64,000 nt of DNA from a virus. The notes under the pieces were generated by a model. The model searched no databases. It was not told the DNA's origin and saw only the letters and a program-made list of their open reading frames with translations. Both the position numbers and the translations under genes were made by a program. Position 1 is the stretch's first letter; each line of letters begins with the position of its first letter. Positions 29,515 to 39,200 of this stretch are shown here, piece after piece. Where the stretch lies: IMG/VR virus record IMGVR_UViG_3300033549_000069, positions 24,828 through 88,827 of that record; one strand, given 5' to 3'.

Positions 29515-29739
29515 TCATGGATCGATCCGCACCAACTTCGGCATCGCCCGCCCCACATCACCGTAACTCGGCGGGCATCCGCCCTCCCACTTCGAGAGAT
29601 CTACGCCGCCTCCAGCCACCACGCCCTCTAACTCCGCGTCTGCCGCGTCCACGCCGCTACCTGCCAAATACCCATCAAGGCGGGAATCGCCGCCATCCAA
29701 TACGCCTCCACCGGCCACGCTTCCGTCCAGGTTGGCCAC
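29515..29739 (-). CDS. small protein C1 (paralog of 31760..31987)
   Basis: GTG overlaps the upstream TAG; VDLSKWEGGCPPSYGDVGRAMPKLVR versus VDLVKWEGSCPEDYGEIVRAVPRLVR. Confidence 0.65.
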   Translation of the reverse strand: MANLDGSVAGGGVLDGGDSRLDGYLAGSGVDAADAELEGVVAGGGVDLSKWEGGCPPSYGDVGRAMPKLVRIDP

Positions 29740-30722
29740 TACGGCACGATCAGCGTCGTACCCACCCAAGGCTGTACGATACCGCCCACGTTGACGAACT
29801 CGAAATCGCCCCCACTGCCCGCCAGATACTCATAATTGGGCAGCGTCTCCGGCGCGGCCCACAGGTCGAAGAAGTCGCCAATCTTGCCCTTAAACAACCC
29901 TGTGTCCACATAAAATCCACAAGGGTAAACCGGCCAAGCCCCGCCGTAATCCGGGCGTAACATGCCCGACACGCTAAGCGCATTTGAAAGCTGATAGTTG
30001 TAAGTGCCATCACATGACATGCGCCCCGCATGCGAGCTGCCCTGCTGCGTGAAGATGTGCGAACTCCCCGCTAACCCACTAATCGACATGGCGCACACGC
30101 CCACCACGCAATCGCTGGGCCAGTACGTCTCCACCTGGTTGAGTTGCTCCATGAACCAGTACACACGAGATGTAGAAAAGATCCCGTCGACTGACCGCAT
30201 CAACCGCGTAACCTTGCCGTCCGTACTCTTGAGGCAGTTGATGCCGCAACTCCCCACCGCTGCCGTCGTAGGCCACAGAGCGGTAGCCTCGGCGATGACG
30301 ACCTGGTCCGTGGCCGTGGGACGCGCACTAATCGACCCACCAGTGAACCCAGCCGCCCGCGAAAAGACGACGCTGAGCGTCCCGTTTGTCGCTGAGTTGA
30401 AGTCAATGCAGACCTGCAAGTAGCCCGGCGCAGATCCGAGCGCAGGTTGCTTCACGACGATCCACGAATGGTTCCCCGCTGCCATCACGACCTTCGTTCG
30501 ATTCGTCCAGCGGTCTACAGCGTCCATCCCAGATGCAGGATCGACCCCATCACCGCTACCAGCAACAGACCACGCGGCAGGCCCGCCCTTGAGACCGTCA
30601 GTGCCGTACAATAACGACTCCTTGAGCAGATACCCCAGCTCCTTCGACGTGTCCGCCGCCGTCAGCACCCCCACCGTGTACAGCAACTTGTTCGCGTAGG
30701 TCTTGATCGTAGTCAGGCCCAT
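29739..30722 (-). CDS. virion protein A1 of a four-member paralog family
   Basis: Paralog of 31988..32968 (GIKGGP.AW.V.GS.D, NHSWIV..QP, PDYGGAWPV.PCG). Confidence 0.75.
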   Translation of the reverse strand: MGLTTIKTYANKLLYTVGVLTAADTSKELGYLLKESLLYGTDGLKGGPAAWSVAGSGDGVDPASGMDAVDRWTNRTKVVMAAGNHSWIVVKQPALGSAPGYLQVCIDFNSATNGTLSVVFSRAAGFTGGSISARPTATDQVVIAEATALWPTTAAVGSCGINCLKSTDGKVTRLMRSVDGIFSTSRVYWFMEQLNQVETYWPSDCVVGVCAMSISGLAGSSHIFTQQGSSHAGRMSCDGTYNYQLSNALSVSGMLRPDYGGAWPVYPCGFYVDTGLFKGKIGDFFDLWAAPETLPNYEYLAGSGGDFEFVNVGGIVQPWVGTTLIVP

Positions 30723-30730
30723 TCTTCACC

Positions 30731-31750
30731 TCACGGCAACATGACGGCTGTACCGTCGTTCCCCAACAAGAGATCGTTCATCACGACAAACTTCTTACTG
30801 CCGTCCCCCGGCATGTAATCCCCAAACGCCAACGCTGTTGGAACCACCCACATATCTGCCAGCTTCCCGACGTAACCGTTCACCAGGGGAGAACGGCTGA
30901 TCACGGACACCGGGAATACTGGCCACCTTCCGCCTGGATCTGGCACCTGGAACTGCGCTTGCCTGGACAAGATCCCAGAGGCGTTTGCCTCCGCCGATAA
31001 TAGAACATCGCACTTTATAAATTCATCACAACAGAAATAAAATCGACGCGAACTATCCGCGAATAAATCCATCGCCTCCCAGCGCGTGCTTCCAGCCACA
31101 ACGGGCTTGTCCATCCAGCTCGGCGCGTCAACCAACCGCTCGAACAGCCACGGCGGGTTAATGTCCAAAGTCATATTGGCAAGCCCTTTACCCCACCACA
31201 GCCGAAACGACGTTCCGTCGCTTGTATACCAAATGTTCATCGCGTTGTTTTCAAACGAAGCCAATGAATACCCAGTCAACTGCTCATTATTGAACACCAC
31301 CACTTCATCCGTCGCCGTGGGCCGCGCCGTCTCGCTCCCGCCCGTGAACCCGCCCTCGCACGAAAACGCCATGGTCCCCGTCTGAGTCGAGTTGACCGTC
31401 CCTGTCAGCGCAATGCACACCTGGAACCCCGCACCTCCCGCGTGCAAGTTCGTGTTCCTGAGCACGATCCACCCGAACTTGTTGTCCGCTTCCTTCCATC
31501 TGACGGCCACCGCATTGGGCCAGTGGTCCGTCGCCCCGTAATGCCACGCCTCCCCGCCCCCATCGTCGTATTTTCCGCAGCTCGACACCACCGTCCACCC
31601 CGCCGCAAGGAACGTCGCCTTCAGCCGGTAGAAAACCTCTCGTGATGCGCTCTCGCCAGCATCCTGACCAGGCTGTGGCGGCGGCCCATCTGCGGTGGCC
31701 ACATACGTCGAATACTTCGTCCAGGTCTTCGTCCTCACTGGTGCCGCCAT
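30731..31750 (-). CDS. virion protein B1 of a four-member paralog family
   Basis: Paralog of 32977..34035 (RTKTWTKYS, WKEADNKFGW.VL.NTNLH). Confidence 0.75.
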   Translation of the reverse strand: MAAPVRTKTWTKYSTYVATADGPPPQPGQDAGESASREVFYRLKATFLAAGWTVVSSCGKYDDGGGEAWHYGATDHWPNAVAVRWKEADNKFGWIVLRNTNLHAGGAGFQVCIALTGTVNSTQTGTMAFSCEGGFTGGSETARPTATDEVVVFNNEQLTGYSLASFENNAMNIWYTSDGTSFRLWWGKGLANMTLDINPPWLFERLVDAPSWMDKPVVAGSTRWEAMDLFADSSRRFYFCCDEFIKCDVLLSAEANASGILSRQAQFQVPDPGGRWPVFPVSVISRSPLVNGYVGKLADMWVVPTALAFGDYMPGDGSKKFVVMNDLLLGNDGTAVMLP

Positions 31751-31759
31751 GTCCGCTCC

Positions 31760-31987
31760 TTACCCGTGCCACGCCCGCACTAGACGCGGAACCGCCCGCA
31801 CGATCTCCCCGTAGTCCTCGGGGCAACTGCCTTCCCACTTGACCAGATCCACCGTGCCGTCCCCCACCGTGCTCTCCAACATGGGATCGGTTCGCACCAC
31901 CGGCTCAATGATACCATCTACGCCGTCCGCCTGCGTGTCCGCCCGCGACACCGCTCCACCACCTACCGTGCCCGTCCGGTTGGCCAT
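31760..31987 (-). CDS. small protein C2 (paralog of 29515..29739)
   Basis: 75-aa ORF coupled to the upstream stop. Confidence 0.7.
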   Translation of the reverse strand: MANRTGTVGGGAVSRADTQADGVDGIIEPVVRTDPMLESTVGDGTVDLVKWEGSCPEDYGEIVRAVPRLVRAWHG

Positions 31988-32968
31988 CTACGGCAACACC
32001 AGGGGCTCGCCGTTCAACGGGAACACGATGCCTCCAATGTTCACAAACTGGAAGTCCCCGCCTCCCGCCGCAGCGTAATACTCCCCCGTGGGGACATTGT
32101 ACGAGGTCGCATACAGATCCGCGCAATTCCCAAGCTTGCCACGGCTGGCCCCCAAATCATTGAACACACCACATGGGAAGACCGGCCAGGCTCCGCCGTA
32201 ATCCGGGCGGTGCATCATCGAAACAGCATTCACATCTGACAACGCATAGCCAATGGTACTCGCCCACGACATGCGCCCGGAGTGACCGCCTCCCTGATAA
32301 TTAAACAGATTTGATGTCCCGTTCAAACCCACATGCGTCAACGGCGCGACCGTAACAATGGTCTTGCTCGTCCAGTATGACTCAACGTCCAACAGCTCCT
32401 CAAAGGCCCAATACGCCCTCGTCTGCAACACCCCGTCAACCGTAAAGATCAACCGCATGACCTTGCCATCCGTGCTCTTGATACAGTTCACCCCGCAACT
32501 GCCAACCATTCCTGTGGCTGTCACTGTTGCAGTGTTCGCCATCACCAGATCGGTTGCGTTCGGTCTCGCATTGAGCGCCCCGCCCGTGTACCCAGCCGCA
32601 ACAGAAAACGACACATAACATGCTGATGGAGCAGACGACGTATACGGCCAATCAAGGCACACCTGGAGATACCCCGGCGCGGCCCCCTGTAAAGGTTGCC
32701 TCATAACAATCCACGAATGGTTACCCGTCGAATTAACGAACTTCGATGGGCCGGTTAGCAAGTCCGTACCTGACATATTGAAATTGATGCTATCGCAGCT
32801 TCCGACGACCTCCCACGCGGTAGGCCCCCCTTTGATCCCATCCGTACCGTAGAGGAATGCCTCCTTGATCAGCCACATCTTCATGCCGAACTGATCGCCA
32901 ACCCAGATTGGTGCATAGGCAAAATGCCGATTGACCACATACATCTTGATCTTGGTTAACCCTGCCAT
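31988..32968 (-). CDS. virion protein A2
   Basis: Paralog of 29739..30722. Confidence 0.75.
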   Translation of the reverse strand: MAGLTKIKMYVVNRHFAYAPIWVGDQFGMKMWLIKEAFLYGTDGIKGGPTAWEVVGSCDSINFNMSGTDLLTGPSKFVNSTGNHSWIVMRQPLQGAAPGYLQVCLDWPYTSSAPSACYVSFSVAAGYTGGALNARPNATDLVMANTATVTATGMVGSCGVNCIKSTDGKVMRLIFTVDGVLQTRAYWAFEELLDVESYWTSKTIVTVAPLTHVGLNGTSNLFNYQGGGHSGRMSWASTIGYALSDVNAVSMMHRPDYGGAWPVFPCGVFNDLGASRGKLGNCADLYATSYNVPTGEYYAAAGGGDFQFVNIGGIVFPLNGEPLVLP

Positions 32969-32976
32969 CGCTCACC

Positions 32977-34035
32977 TCACGGTATCGAGACGGCGGTGCC
33001 GTCGTTGCCCTGCAAGACGCTCTGGATGACCGCCAACTCCCGCGACCCATCGCCGGGGAAGTAGTCCCCTGTGACCAGCGCGGCGGGCACCATCCAGAAG
33101 TCAGCCAGGGTGCCCACTACGCCCGGCACCATGCCATTCATGCTGATGACGCTCACCGGATAGACCGCCCACCGCCCGCCCATGTCCGGGATCTGCGAGG
33201 CCGCATGATTGATCAACAGCCCGTTGCTGATCCCCTCCGCGACCATCAACACCGCGCACTTCACCACGCCCTCGCACCCGAAGTACAGACGACGCTCATA
33301 GCTGGCGGTCGATCCCGGCGTGGCCATCGAGGCCCGACGCCACCGCATGACCCCCGCCAAGACCGGCTTGTCCAGCCACGAGGGCGCGTTCACCAGCCGC
33401 TCGAACATCATCGGATGCAACGAGCGATACACCTCTGTTCCTTGTTCCAAGATTATCTGACCTGCGCCCCATACGCGGAACGATTGCCCATCGCTGCTGT
33501 ACCAAATGTTCAGCGCCATCGGGCACTGAGGGAACCCAGCACTAATCGTCGAGTACCACGCATCGCTCGCATCGTCGTAGATGACTATCGCGTCCGTTGC
33601 CGTGGGATACGCCGTCTCGCTGCCACCCGAAAACCCCGCCTCGATGGACGTGTGCATGGTCATCCGGTAGGTCAGCGTCACCCCGGCATCCAACGCGAAC
33701 ATCACCTGGAATCCGTTGCCATCGGCGTGCAAGTTCGTGTTCTTGAGCACCATCCAGCCGAACTTGTTGTCCGCTTCCTTCCACCGGACTGCCTCCGCAC
33801 TGGGCCAGTGATCCGCCGCCCCGTAATGCCAGGCAGCTCCGCCACCGGCATCGTAATATCCGCAGCTCCGCACCACCGTCCATCCGGCTGCGAGCATCTG
33901 CGTCTTGATGAGGTACAGGATCAACCGCGCCGCACTGCGATCCGATGTCTGCCCAGCTTGGGGCGTCGGGCCATCCCCATCCTGTATCCACGCCGAATAC
34001 TTCGTCCACGTCTTCGTTCGTGTGGGTTCCGTCAT
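32977..34035 (-). CDS. virion protein B2
   Basis: Paralog of 30731..31750; start moved to ATG 34035 (MTEPTRTK). Confidence 0.75.
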   Translation of the reverse strand: MTEPTRTKTWTKYSAWIQDGDGPTPQAGQTSDRSAARLILYLIKTQMLAAGWTVVRSCGYYDAGGGAAWHYGAADHWPSAEAVRWKEADNKFGWMVLKNTNLHADGNGFQVMFALDAGVTLTYRMTMHTSIEAGFSGGSETAYPTATDAIVIYDDASDAWYSTISAGFPQCPMALNIWYSSDGQSFRVWGAGQIILEQGTEVYRSLHPMMFERLVNAPSWLDKPVLAGVMRWRRASMATPGSTASYERRLYFGCEGVVKCAVLMVAEGISNGLLINHAASQIPDMGGRWAVYPVSVISMNGMVPGVVGTLADFWMVPAALVTGDYFPGDGSRELAVIQSVLQGNDGTAVSIP

Positions 34036-34036
34036 G

Positions 34037-35182
34037 TCAACTACTCCATCCCATGCCACGCAACGTCACACGGAACGTCGCTGACGCGCTGCCCATGTTG
34101 TTCAGTCGCCAATGCAGAATACCCGCGCTCAACCCCTCGATCCCAAACGGCGTGCGGTCCTTCCACGTCGGATTCACGCTCGGCTGCCAGCGCGGATCGA
34201 CCCCAGCCATGCCGATCTGGTACAGCAACTCATGCGACCCAGAGAGCACCGCGTCGGCTAATTCGATGTCCGCTCCGGTCGGAGCTGTACCCCCCACAAT
34301 CTCGATCTTCATGCTGTACACAATGCCGTGGGCAACCCCCACGTCAACCACGCCGACCTCGGTAGTTCCCGCCGCCACCGCCTGGTCCCACGTCTCTAAA
34401 AACTTCAACTCGCCGACAGACGCATACGCCTTGTTGATCGCGTCCACAAGCGATGCACAGGCAAACGTAAAGTCTCGTGCCCCAACGCTCGTCAGCGGTA
34501 TCGCATCTGCCGGGCCAATCTCTCCATAATAGTTGCCATCCGACAATTCTAGATCGTCGTCCGCCGACAACCTCTGTGGCCCCGCTCCACCCAAAACTAT
34601 GGCTGGAGCCCCCGTGACGCCATTGTTTACCCGTACCGGATCTCCCCCTACGGGAATCGCAATGCTCGCTCCGCCATTGTAGGCTTCTTGAAGCGAACTG
34701 GCCCCTCCACCTCCACCAGCAAACGCAAACAGCGCCATCGGCGTGCCAGGCACGAGCCGCGCCCCGTTGTACCAAGTGATCGCGTAGTCGTCCCCCACCA
34801 CGCCAAACACCACAAGGTCCGCGTCTGCCTCAGTGCTCGTGATCCGCAACTCCCACTCGATGGCCTGCGGACCCACAGCTCCAGCTAGCAAATGCGCGCA
34901 CACGAGCGATCCCGGGACCAACGTCAACGAGTTTGGACCGACCTCTATCGCCACCTGCAACGTGCGCGAGATGAACTGAGCCGGACCGGATTGCGAAAAC
35001 ACGTCCCCCGTAATCGACACGGTCGGAAGCACGCGAGGAAGGAGCGTCGTGTGCTCCAACAACGAGAACATGGTTGAGTCCACACCAGTGGCAAAGGTCT
35101 CAAATACCTGCTGCCACTTTTGCCAATCGGCGTTCCAGGTCGGGATGGGCAGCGAGAAGCGCGGGGTATGCGAAGTCGTCAT
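34037..35182 (-). CDS. virion protein, paralog of 27926..29482
   Basis: Start MTTSHTP at 35182 with GGAG RBS; directly follows baseplate J. Confidence 0.75.
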   Translation of the reverse strand: MTTSHTPRFSLPIPTWNADWQKWQQVFETFATGVDSTMFSLLEHTTLLPRVLPTVSITGDVFSQSGPAQFISRTLQVAIEVGPNSLTLVPGSLVCAHLLAGAVGPQAIEWELRITSTEADADLVVFGVVGDDYAITWYNGARLVPGTPMALFAFAGGGGGASSLQEAYNGGASIAIPVGGDPVRVNNGVTGAPAIVLGGAGPQRLSADDDLELSDGNYYGEIGPADAIPLTSVGARDFTFACASLVDAINKAYASVGELKFLETWDQAVAAGTTEVGVVDVGVAHGIVYSMKIEIVGGTAPTGADIELADAVLSGSHELLYQIGMAGVDPRWQPSVNPTWKDRTPFGIEGLSAGILHWRLNNMGSASATFRVTLRGMGWSS

Positions 35183-35190
35183 CTGCACTC

Positions 35191-37395
35191 CTACGAGTAG
35201 AGCTGCGTAATGGTGAGGCTACCCAACGTGATGATCCGGTTTTCAGGCGGAACCAAGTTGCCGCCCGCGTCCAAGAACTCCACCGGACCCGCGATCTGAA
35301 TGTTCACATGCGAGAATCCAATGCTCGCCTTCTTCGCCGTATCGTAAAGCTGAGATAGGTACAACGGCGTGTTGAAATCCCTCGCCTTGAGTAACTCAAT
35401 CACCGCAGATCTCACCTTAGCGATCTCCTCGTCGTAGATGTAGGCCGAACCGACTAGCGCCTGGATCGCAATCTGCGCCGGCACCAGAATTGGAGACCCG
35501 TCGATGACCTCCACCTGCTGCGTGACCTCTTTTACCCCGTCCAAATACGTCTGGAGACTCGCCATGAGCCCGGCCGAAGGAGCGATGTAGTTTCCATCCG
35601 CGTCCTGCGCCAGAATCGGCACCTGTACGTAGTTGCTCAAGCAGTCGTCCGAGAACAACTCTCCAATCCGTACCTGCATGCTCGCCAAATGAGCGTCGAT
35701 GTCCGTCTTCAACGCCTGCGAAGCACCTACCATGGCCGTCGCGTCCGCTGTCATCCCAGGCAAGAGCGCGTCAATGCCCGCTGTGTCCGCCGTCATCGCT
35801 GCGATGATCTGCGGTAACGACGTGTCAGGCGAGGTTGGAGACAAATCCGTAATCGTCTCCAACAGCGGATTGATCGCGTTCGAAATCGCGTTGCCCATGG
35901 CGTTCTGCGCCGTCTGGACATCTCCGGTGGCCTGCGTGGACTTCTGTACAATCGTCGTCGCTTGCGCTATCGCCGCGTTCAGCTCCGCCTCGATATGATC
36001 CCGCGTCGCCCCGGCAGTCACATTCATCAGCACATAATCGACCAGATCTTGCAACGCCGCCTTCTGGTCTTCCGCCGTGGTCTTGATTCCGACCAGCGTG
36101 GACTCGGCCGTCGTGCAGTTCGCCTGCGCCCCACCAATGATCGACTTCGCCGACCCAGCAAACCCCTCCTGATCGACGCGCAACTCCTCTAAATTTACAA
36201 GGTCGGCGTTGATGGACGCCAGCAATGGCGTGATGGCTGCCACGTCAGCCGAGATACTCGTCTCCAATAACGAGACGGCATCCACATACACGATGAGCGC
36301 ACCGACAATCTCCACCACCAGCGTGTCAAACGTGATGTCTGAATACGTGCCGCGAGGGTTGAAGGCATACGCCTTGGCCACCGACCCATAGAGCGCGTCC
36401 ACAAAGCTGTTGGACAGCGCGTTGTAGTCGTTCTCGGTAATCGCCACACCTCGCGCCGCAAAGGACAACGGTGCCAGCTTCTTGGCGTGCTCCACCGTCT
36501 CGGGGTCCGCACCGCCGCTCGGAGATACCGGATTCGACACCGTCATCGTGACCAGCGTGCCGCCCACCACCAACGTGTCGATGCTGGATCGAATGCTCCC
36601 CGACTTCGGATTGTTTCCCTTCACACCGTCGATAATCACAAACCGAAACTTTACCTCTGCACCCAATGGCGGGATCGCCCCTGCAATTCCATCTCCAAAC
36701 CGCACCTTCGGTGGCTCGGTCAGATATTCCACCTCGAACTGCTCGTCTGCAACGTAGGTTAGAAAAGACCGCTCTTCCCACTCCAATCCGTCCACCCAAC
36801 ACTCAACGCTCAGGTCTGCGAGATAGCGAGATTCCGGGATTCCCGAAAGATTATAAACCTGGTTCGCCTGGCCGTTTCCAGTGAACGTCAGAATCCGAGA
36901 ATCCCCCTGCCGAACCATGATCGTGCGCGTGGTTCCAGGTGGCAACGCTGCCGTTTCCGTGAGCGGAGCATACGACTCGTACACAAGCCCGTTTGGCCCC
37001 TGGAAACGCCAGCGAGCCGGCATCACAAACGGTCCAGGCGTGCCGTCAGGGAAGGTCAAGGTCAACGTTGTCGAAGCCGCACTCGCCGGCCTCAACTTGT
37101 ACCCAAGTTGCCGCACAATACGCCCCACCGCCGTATGCGTGCGCGCCGTGTCCAGGAAGCAATCGGACGCGATGCGGTCCATGTACCACTGAATCTGCGC
37201 CGTGGCGTAGGCCATCATCTCGATCAGCATGATGCCCTGCGTCGTCGTCGCGTAGTCGTTGTATGTTTCCTGATACAACAGCTTCAGCCGCCGCAACAGG
37301 TCGTCGAAGATGCTCGGATAGTCCCGGGCCGCCCACTTCACAGAGTTCAGCGGGGCGCGATCCGCCACCAATGGAGCATGGGTATCGTTAGCCAT
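35191..37395 (-). CDS. baseplate wedge protein (baseplate J / T4 gp6-like) with a coiled-coil insertion
   Basis: ARDYPSIFDDL...GIMLIEMMAYA...W..D....D.FLDTA; V.FGDG..GAIPP; GGADPETVEHAK..AP.SF.AR..AIT..DY. Confidence 0.85.
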   Translation of the reverse strand: MANDTHAPLVADRAPLNSVKWAARDYPSIFDDLLRRLKLLYQETYNDYATTTQGIMLIEMMAYATAQIQWYMDRIASDCFLDTARTHTAVGRIVRQLGYKLRPASAASTTLTLTFPDGTPGPFVMPARWRFQGPNGLVYESYAPLTETAALPPGTTRTIMVRQGDSRILTFTGNGQANQVYNLSGIPESRYLADLSVECWVDGLEWEERSFLTYVADEQFEVEYLTEPPKVRFGDGIAGAIPPLGAEVKFRFVIIDGVKGNNPKSGSIRSSIDTLVVGGTLVTMTVSNPVSPSGGADPETVEHAKKLAPLSFAARGVAITENDYNALSNSFVDALYGSVAKAYAFNPRGTYSDITFDTLVVEIVGALIVYVDAVSLLETSISADVAAITPLLASINADLVNLEELRVDQEGFAGSAKSIIGGAQANCTTAESTLVGIKTTAEDQKAALQDLVDYVLMNVTAGATRDHIEAELNAAIAQATTIVQKSTQATGDVQTAQNAMGNAISNAINPLLETITDLSPTSPDTSLPQIIAAMTADTAGIDALLPGMTADATAMVGASQALKTDIDAHLASMQVRIGELFSDDCLSNYVQVPILAQDADGNYIAPSAGLMASLQTYLDGVKEVTQQVEVIDGSPILVPAQIAIQALVGSAYIYDEEIAKVRSAVIELLKARDFNTPLYLSQLYDTAKKASIGFSHVNIQIAGPVEFLDAGGNLVPPENRIITLGSLTITQLYS

Positions 37396-37819
37396 TTGGG
37401 CTCCCGACCAGCGGGATCTGCACCTGCTGGCTCTGAGGCTGCCCCGCCACGCGGTACAGCACGTCCACAATGATCGCCGTCGTCACACCGTCCGACTTGT
37501 CGCCCATGCGAGAATCTACACCCATCACCTCGGCACGCGGCTCCCAGGTCTCAATGGCACGCGTCACCTCGGTCGCAATGCGCGCCTGCAATAACGGCGT
37601 CATGTTGTCGAATACCAACCTGTGCAAATTCACTCCCAAATCCACATGCATCAACCTCTCGTTTGTACCAGTCATCATCAACGAAAGTATCGACTGGTAA
37701 ATCGCCCGCTCCGATCCGCTCATGGCTGGAAATCCAGACAAACCCATCTGAAATGGAAACGCCAACGTCCTCATGATGTCAGCGTCCAACAGAGGCGGGA
37801 GTTGGTTCACATTCGGCAT
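37388..37819 (-). CDS. baseplate gp25/GPW-like protein
   Basis: LAFPF...I.QSI..L.MT...ER.M..D.G..L..LVFD...ITRAIETWEPRAEV. Confidence 0.85.
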   Translation of the reverse strand: MPNVNQLPPLLDADIMRTLAFPFQMGLSGFPAMSGSERAIYQSILSLMMTGTNERLMHVDLGVNLHRLVFDNMTPLLQARIATEVTRAIETWEPRAEVMGVDSRMGDKSDGVTTAIIVDVLYRVAGQPQSQQVQIPLVGSPNG

Positions 37820-37841
37820 GAACGCATCCTATCACAGTTTG

Positions 37842-37861
37842 AGGCGAACCCAGGTTCGCGT
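37842..37861. repeat. 20-bp palindromic motif, copy 7
   Basis: aggcgaacccaggttcgcgt immediately after the stop of 37863..38213. Confidence 0.9.
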
Positions 37862-37862
37862 G

Positions 37863-38213
37863 TCAGCCCAACGGACAACTTGGAAGTCCGGGCATCGCTG
37901 GCAAGCTCGGCAGCGCGGGCAGTGCAAACGGCAATCCAGGGATCGGAATGGCCAGCGCCAACGTCGGCATGCTCGGCGGATTCGGGATCGATGGCAAACT
38001 CGGCATGCTTGGCAACGTCGGAATCGCAGGCAATGCAAACGGCGGGCTCGGGATCGGGATCGCCAGTGCCAACGTCGGCATAGTCAATCCAGGGATCGCA
38101 GGCATCGCCGGTATCGCGGGCAAAGTCGGGATCGCAGGCATCGCAAACGGGATGCCTGGGATCGGAATGGCCAGCGCCAAGGTAGGCGGAGTTGGAATCT
38201 TGCACTTGGACAT
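37863..38213 (-). CDS. Pro-rich hydrophobic triple-repeat protein
   Basis: Three PTLALAIPIP..PFA.PA.P.LP units; tightly packed between spike and gp25. Confidence 0.7.
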   Translation of the reverse strand: MSKCKIPTPPTLALAIPIPGIPFAMPAIPTLPAIPAMPAIPGLTMPTLALAIPIPSPPFALPAIPTLPSMPSLPSIPNPPSMPTLALAIPIPGLPFALPALPSLPAMPGLPSCPLG

Positions 38214-38231
38214 TTGGCCTCATCCTCACCT

Positions 38232-39197
38232 CTACTTGAGAAAAACGACCTCAGAAAGCTCTTTATACAGCATCGGCGGAGGCAGCGGTCCAGGCCCCGT
38301 CGGCGCTCCGGGAGCCGCGCTCACATGTTGGTGCGCCAGAGCCCACGTCATCAACTTCATCCCGCGTACCGCCGGTTCCGCTGCCCCCTTGCCCAACATG
38401 ACCGTCCCCGCGTTCGCTACAAACTGCTTGCTCGCATCAGCGATCACGTTGTCCCCCGTCAAGGTGATATTCTTGCCGTCGATTCCAATGGCTCCCCCGC
38501 TCTTGGTGGCCAGCGTGATCTTGTCGTCCCCCAGCATCAGCATCGCCGTGACCTCGCCCTTGTCGTTGGCCGTCATCAAGCTTGTCTCCGGGGTCGTGGC
38601 GTTCATGAACAGCATGCTGCCCATCTCGTTGGTGAGCAGTGTCGAACCGTCCTTGTCCACCGTCAGGAACGCGGGGCTCGGCCCGCCCGCTCCATCACCC
38701 TTGCCAATGATGAGGTGCAGATCCTCCGGGTCGTCCGACATGCGCAGGTAGTGCCCCGTGCGCGTGCGAAATCCCTTCCTCAATGCGGTCTCCGCGTCGA
38801 ACGTATCGCTCGCCTTGTCCGCCGCCATGTACCCGCCCATGTAGACCGGGAACTCTGGATCTCCATGCTGAAACATCAACCACACCTGGGCGTTCGCGTC
38901 CGGCGGATGGAAGATCCCGCTCGCCTGCTTGGTGTCTGGGTCCACAGATAAACCAGGCATGCACGGCAACGCCCACCAGCTCGGCCCCAACTGGTCCGCC
39001 GTATTGAGTCCCACAGCAGGGCACAGCGCTTGAATCCTGCCTCGATTGTCTGGGTCCGCGTTGCTCACCACCACCCCTGGGTAAAGGCCGTAGAATCGTC
39101 GCGCAAAGCCCTCTAGGCCGATCCGCGCAAGGGTGTCACGCAGCCACCCAATCGGGTCGGTTGCCAGGCGTAGTGAATCGCTCCTGTTGCCAAACAT
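38232..39197 (-). CDS. baseplate central spike (gp5/VgrG/gpV-like)
   Basis: OB-fold YPGVVVSNADPDNRGRIQ...W...FHPP.....VW..F..GDP..PV..G; C-terminal HxH (HQH) apex motif. Confidence 0.85.
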   Translation of the reverse strand: MFGNRSDSLRLATDPIGWLRDTLARIGLEGFARRFYGLYPGVVVSNADPDNRGRIQALCPAVGLNTADQLGPSWWALPCMPGLSVDPDTKQASGIFHPPDANAQVWLMFQHGDPEFPVYMGGYMAADKASDTFDAETALRKGFRTRTGHYLRMSDDPEDLHLIIGKGDGAGGPSPAFLTVDKDGSTLLTNEMGSMLFMNATTPETSLMTANDKGEVTAMLMLGDDKITLATKSGGAIGIDGKNITLTGDNVIADASKQFVANAGTVMLGKGAAEPAVRGMKLMTWALAHQHVSAAPGAPTGPGPLPPPMLYKELSEVVFLK

Positions 39198-39200
39198 GAC

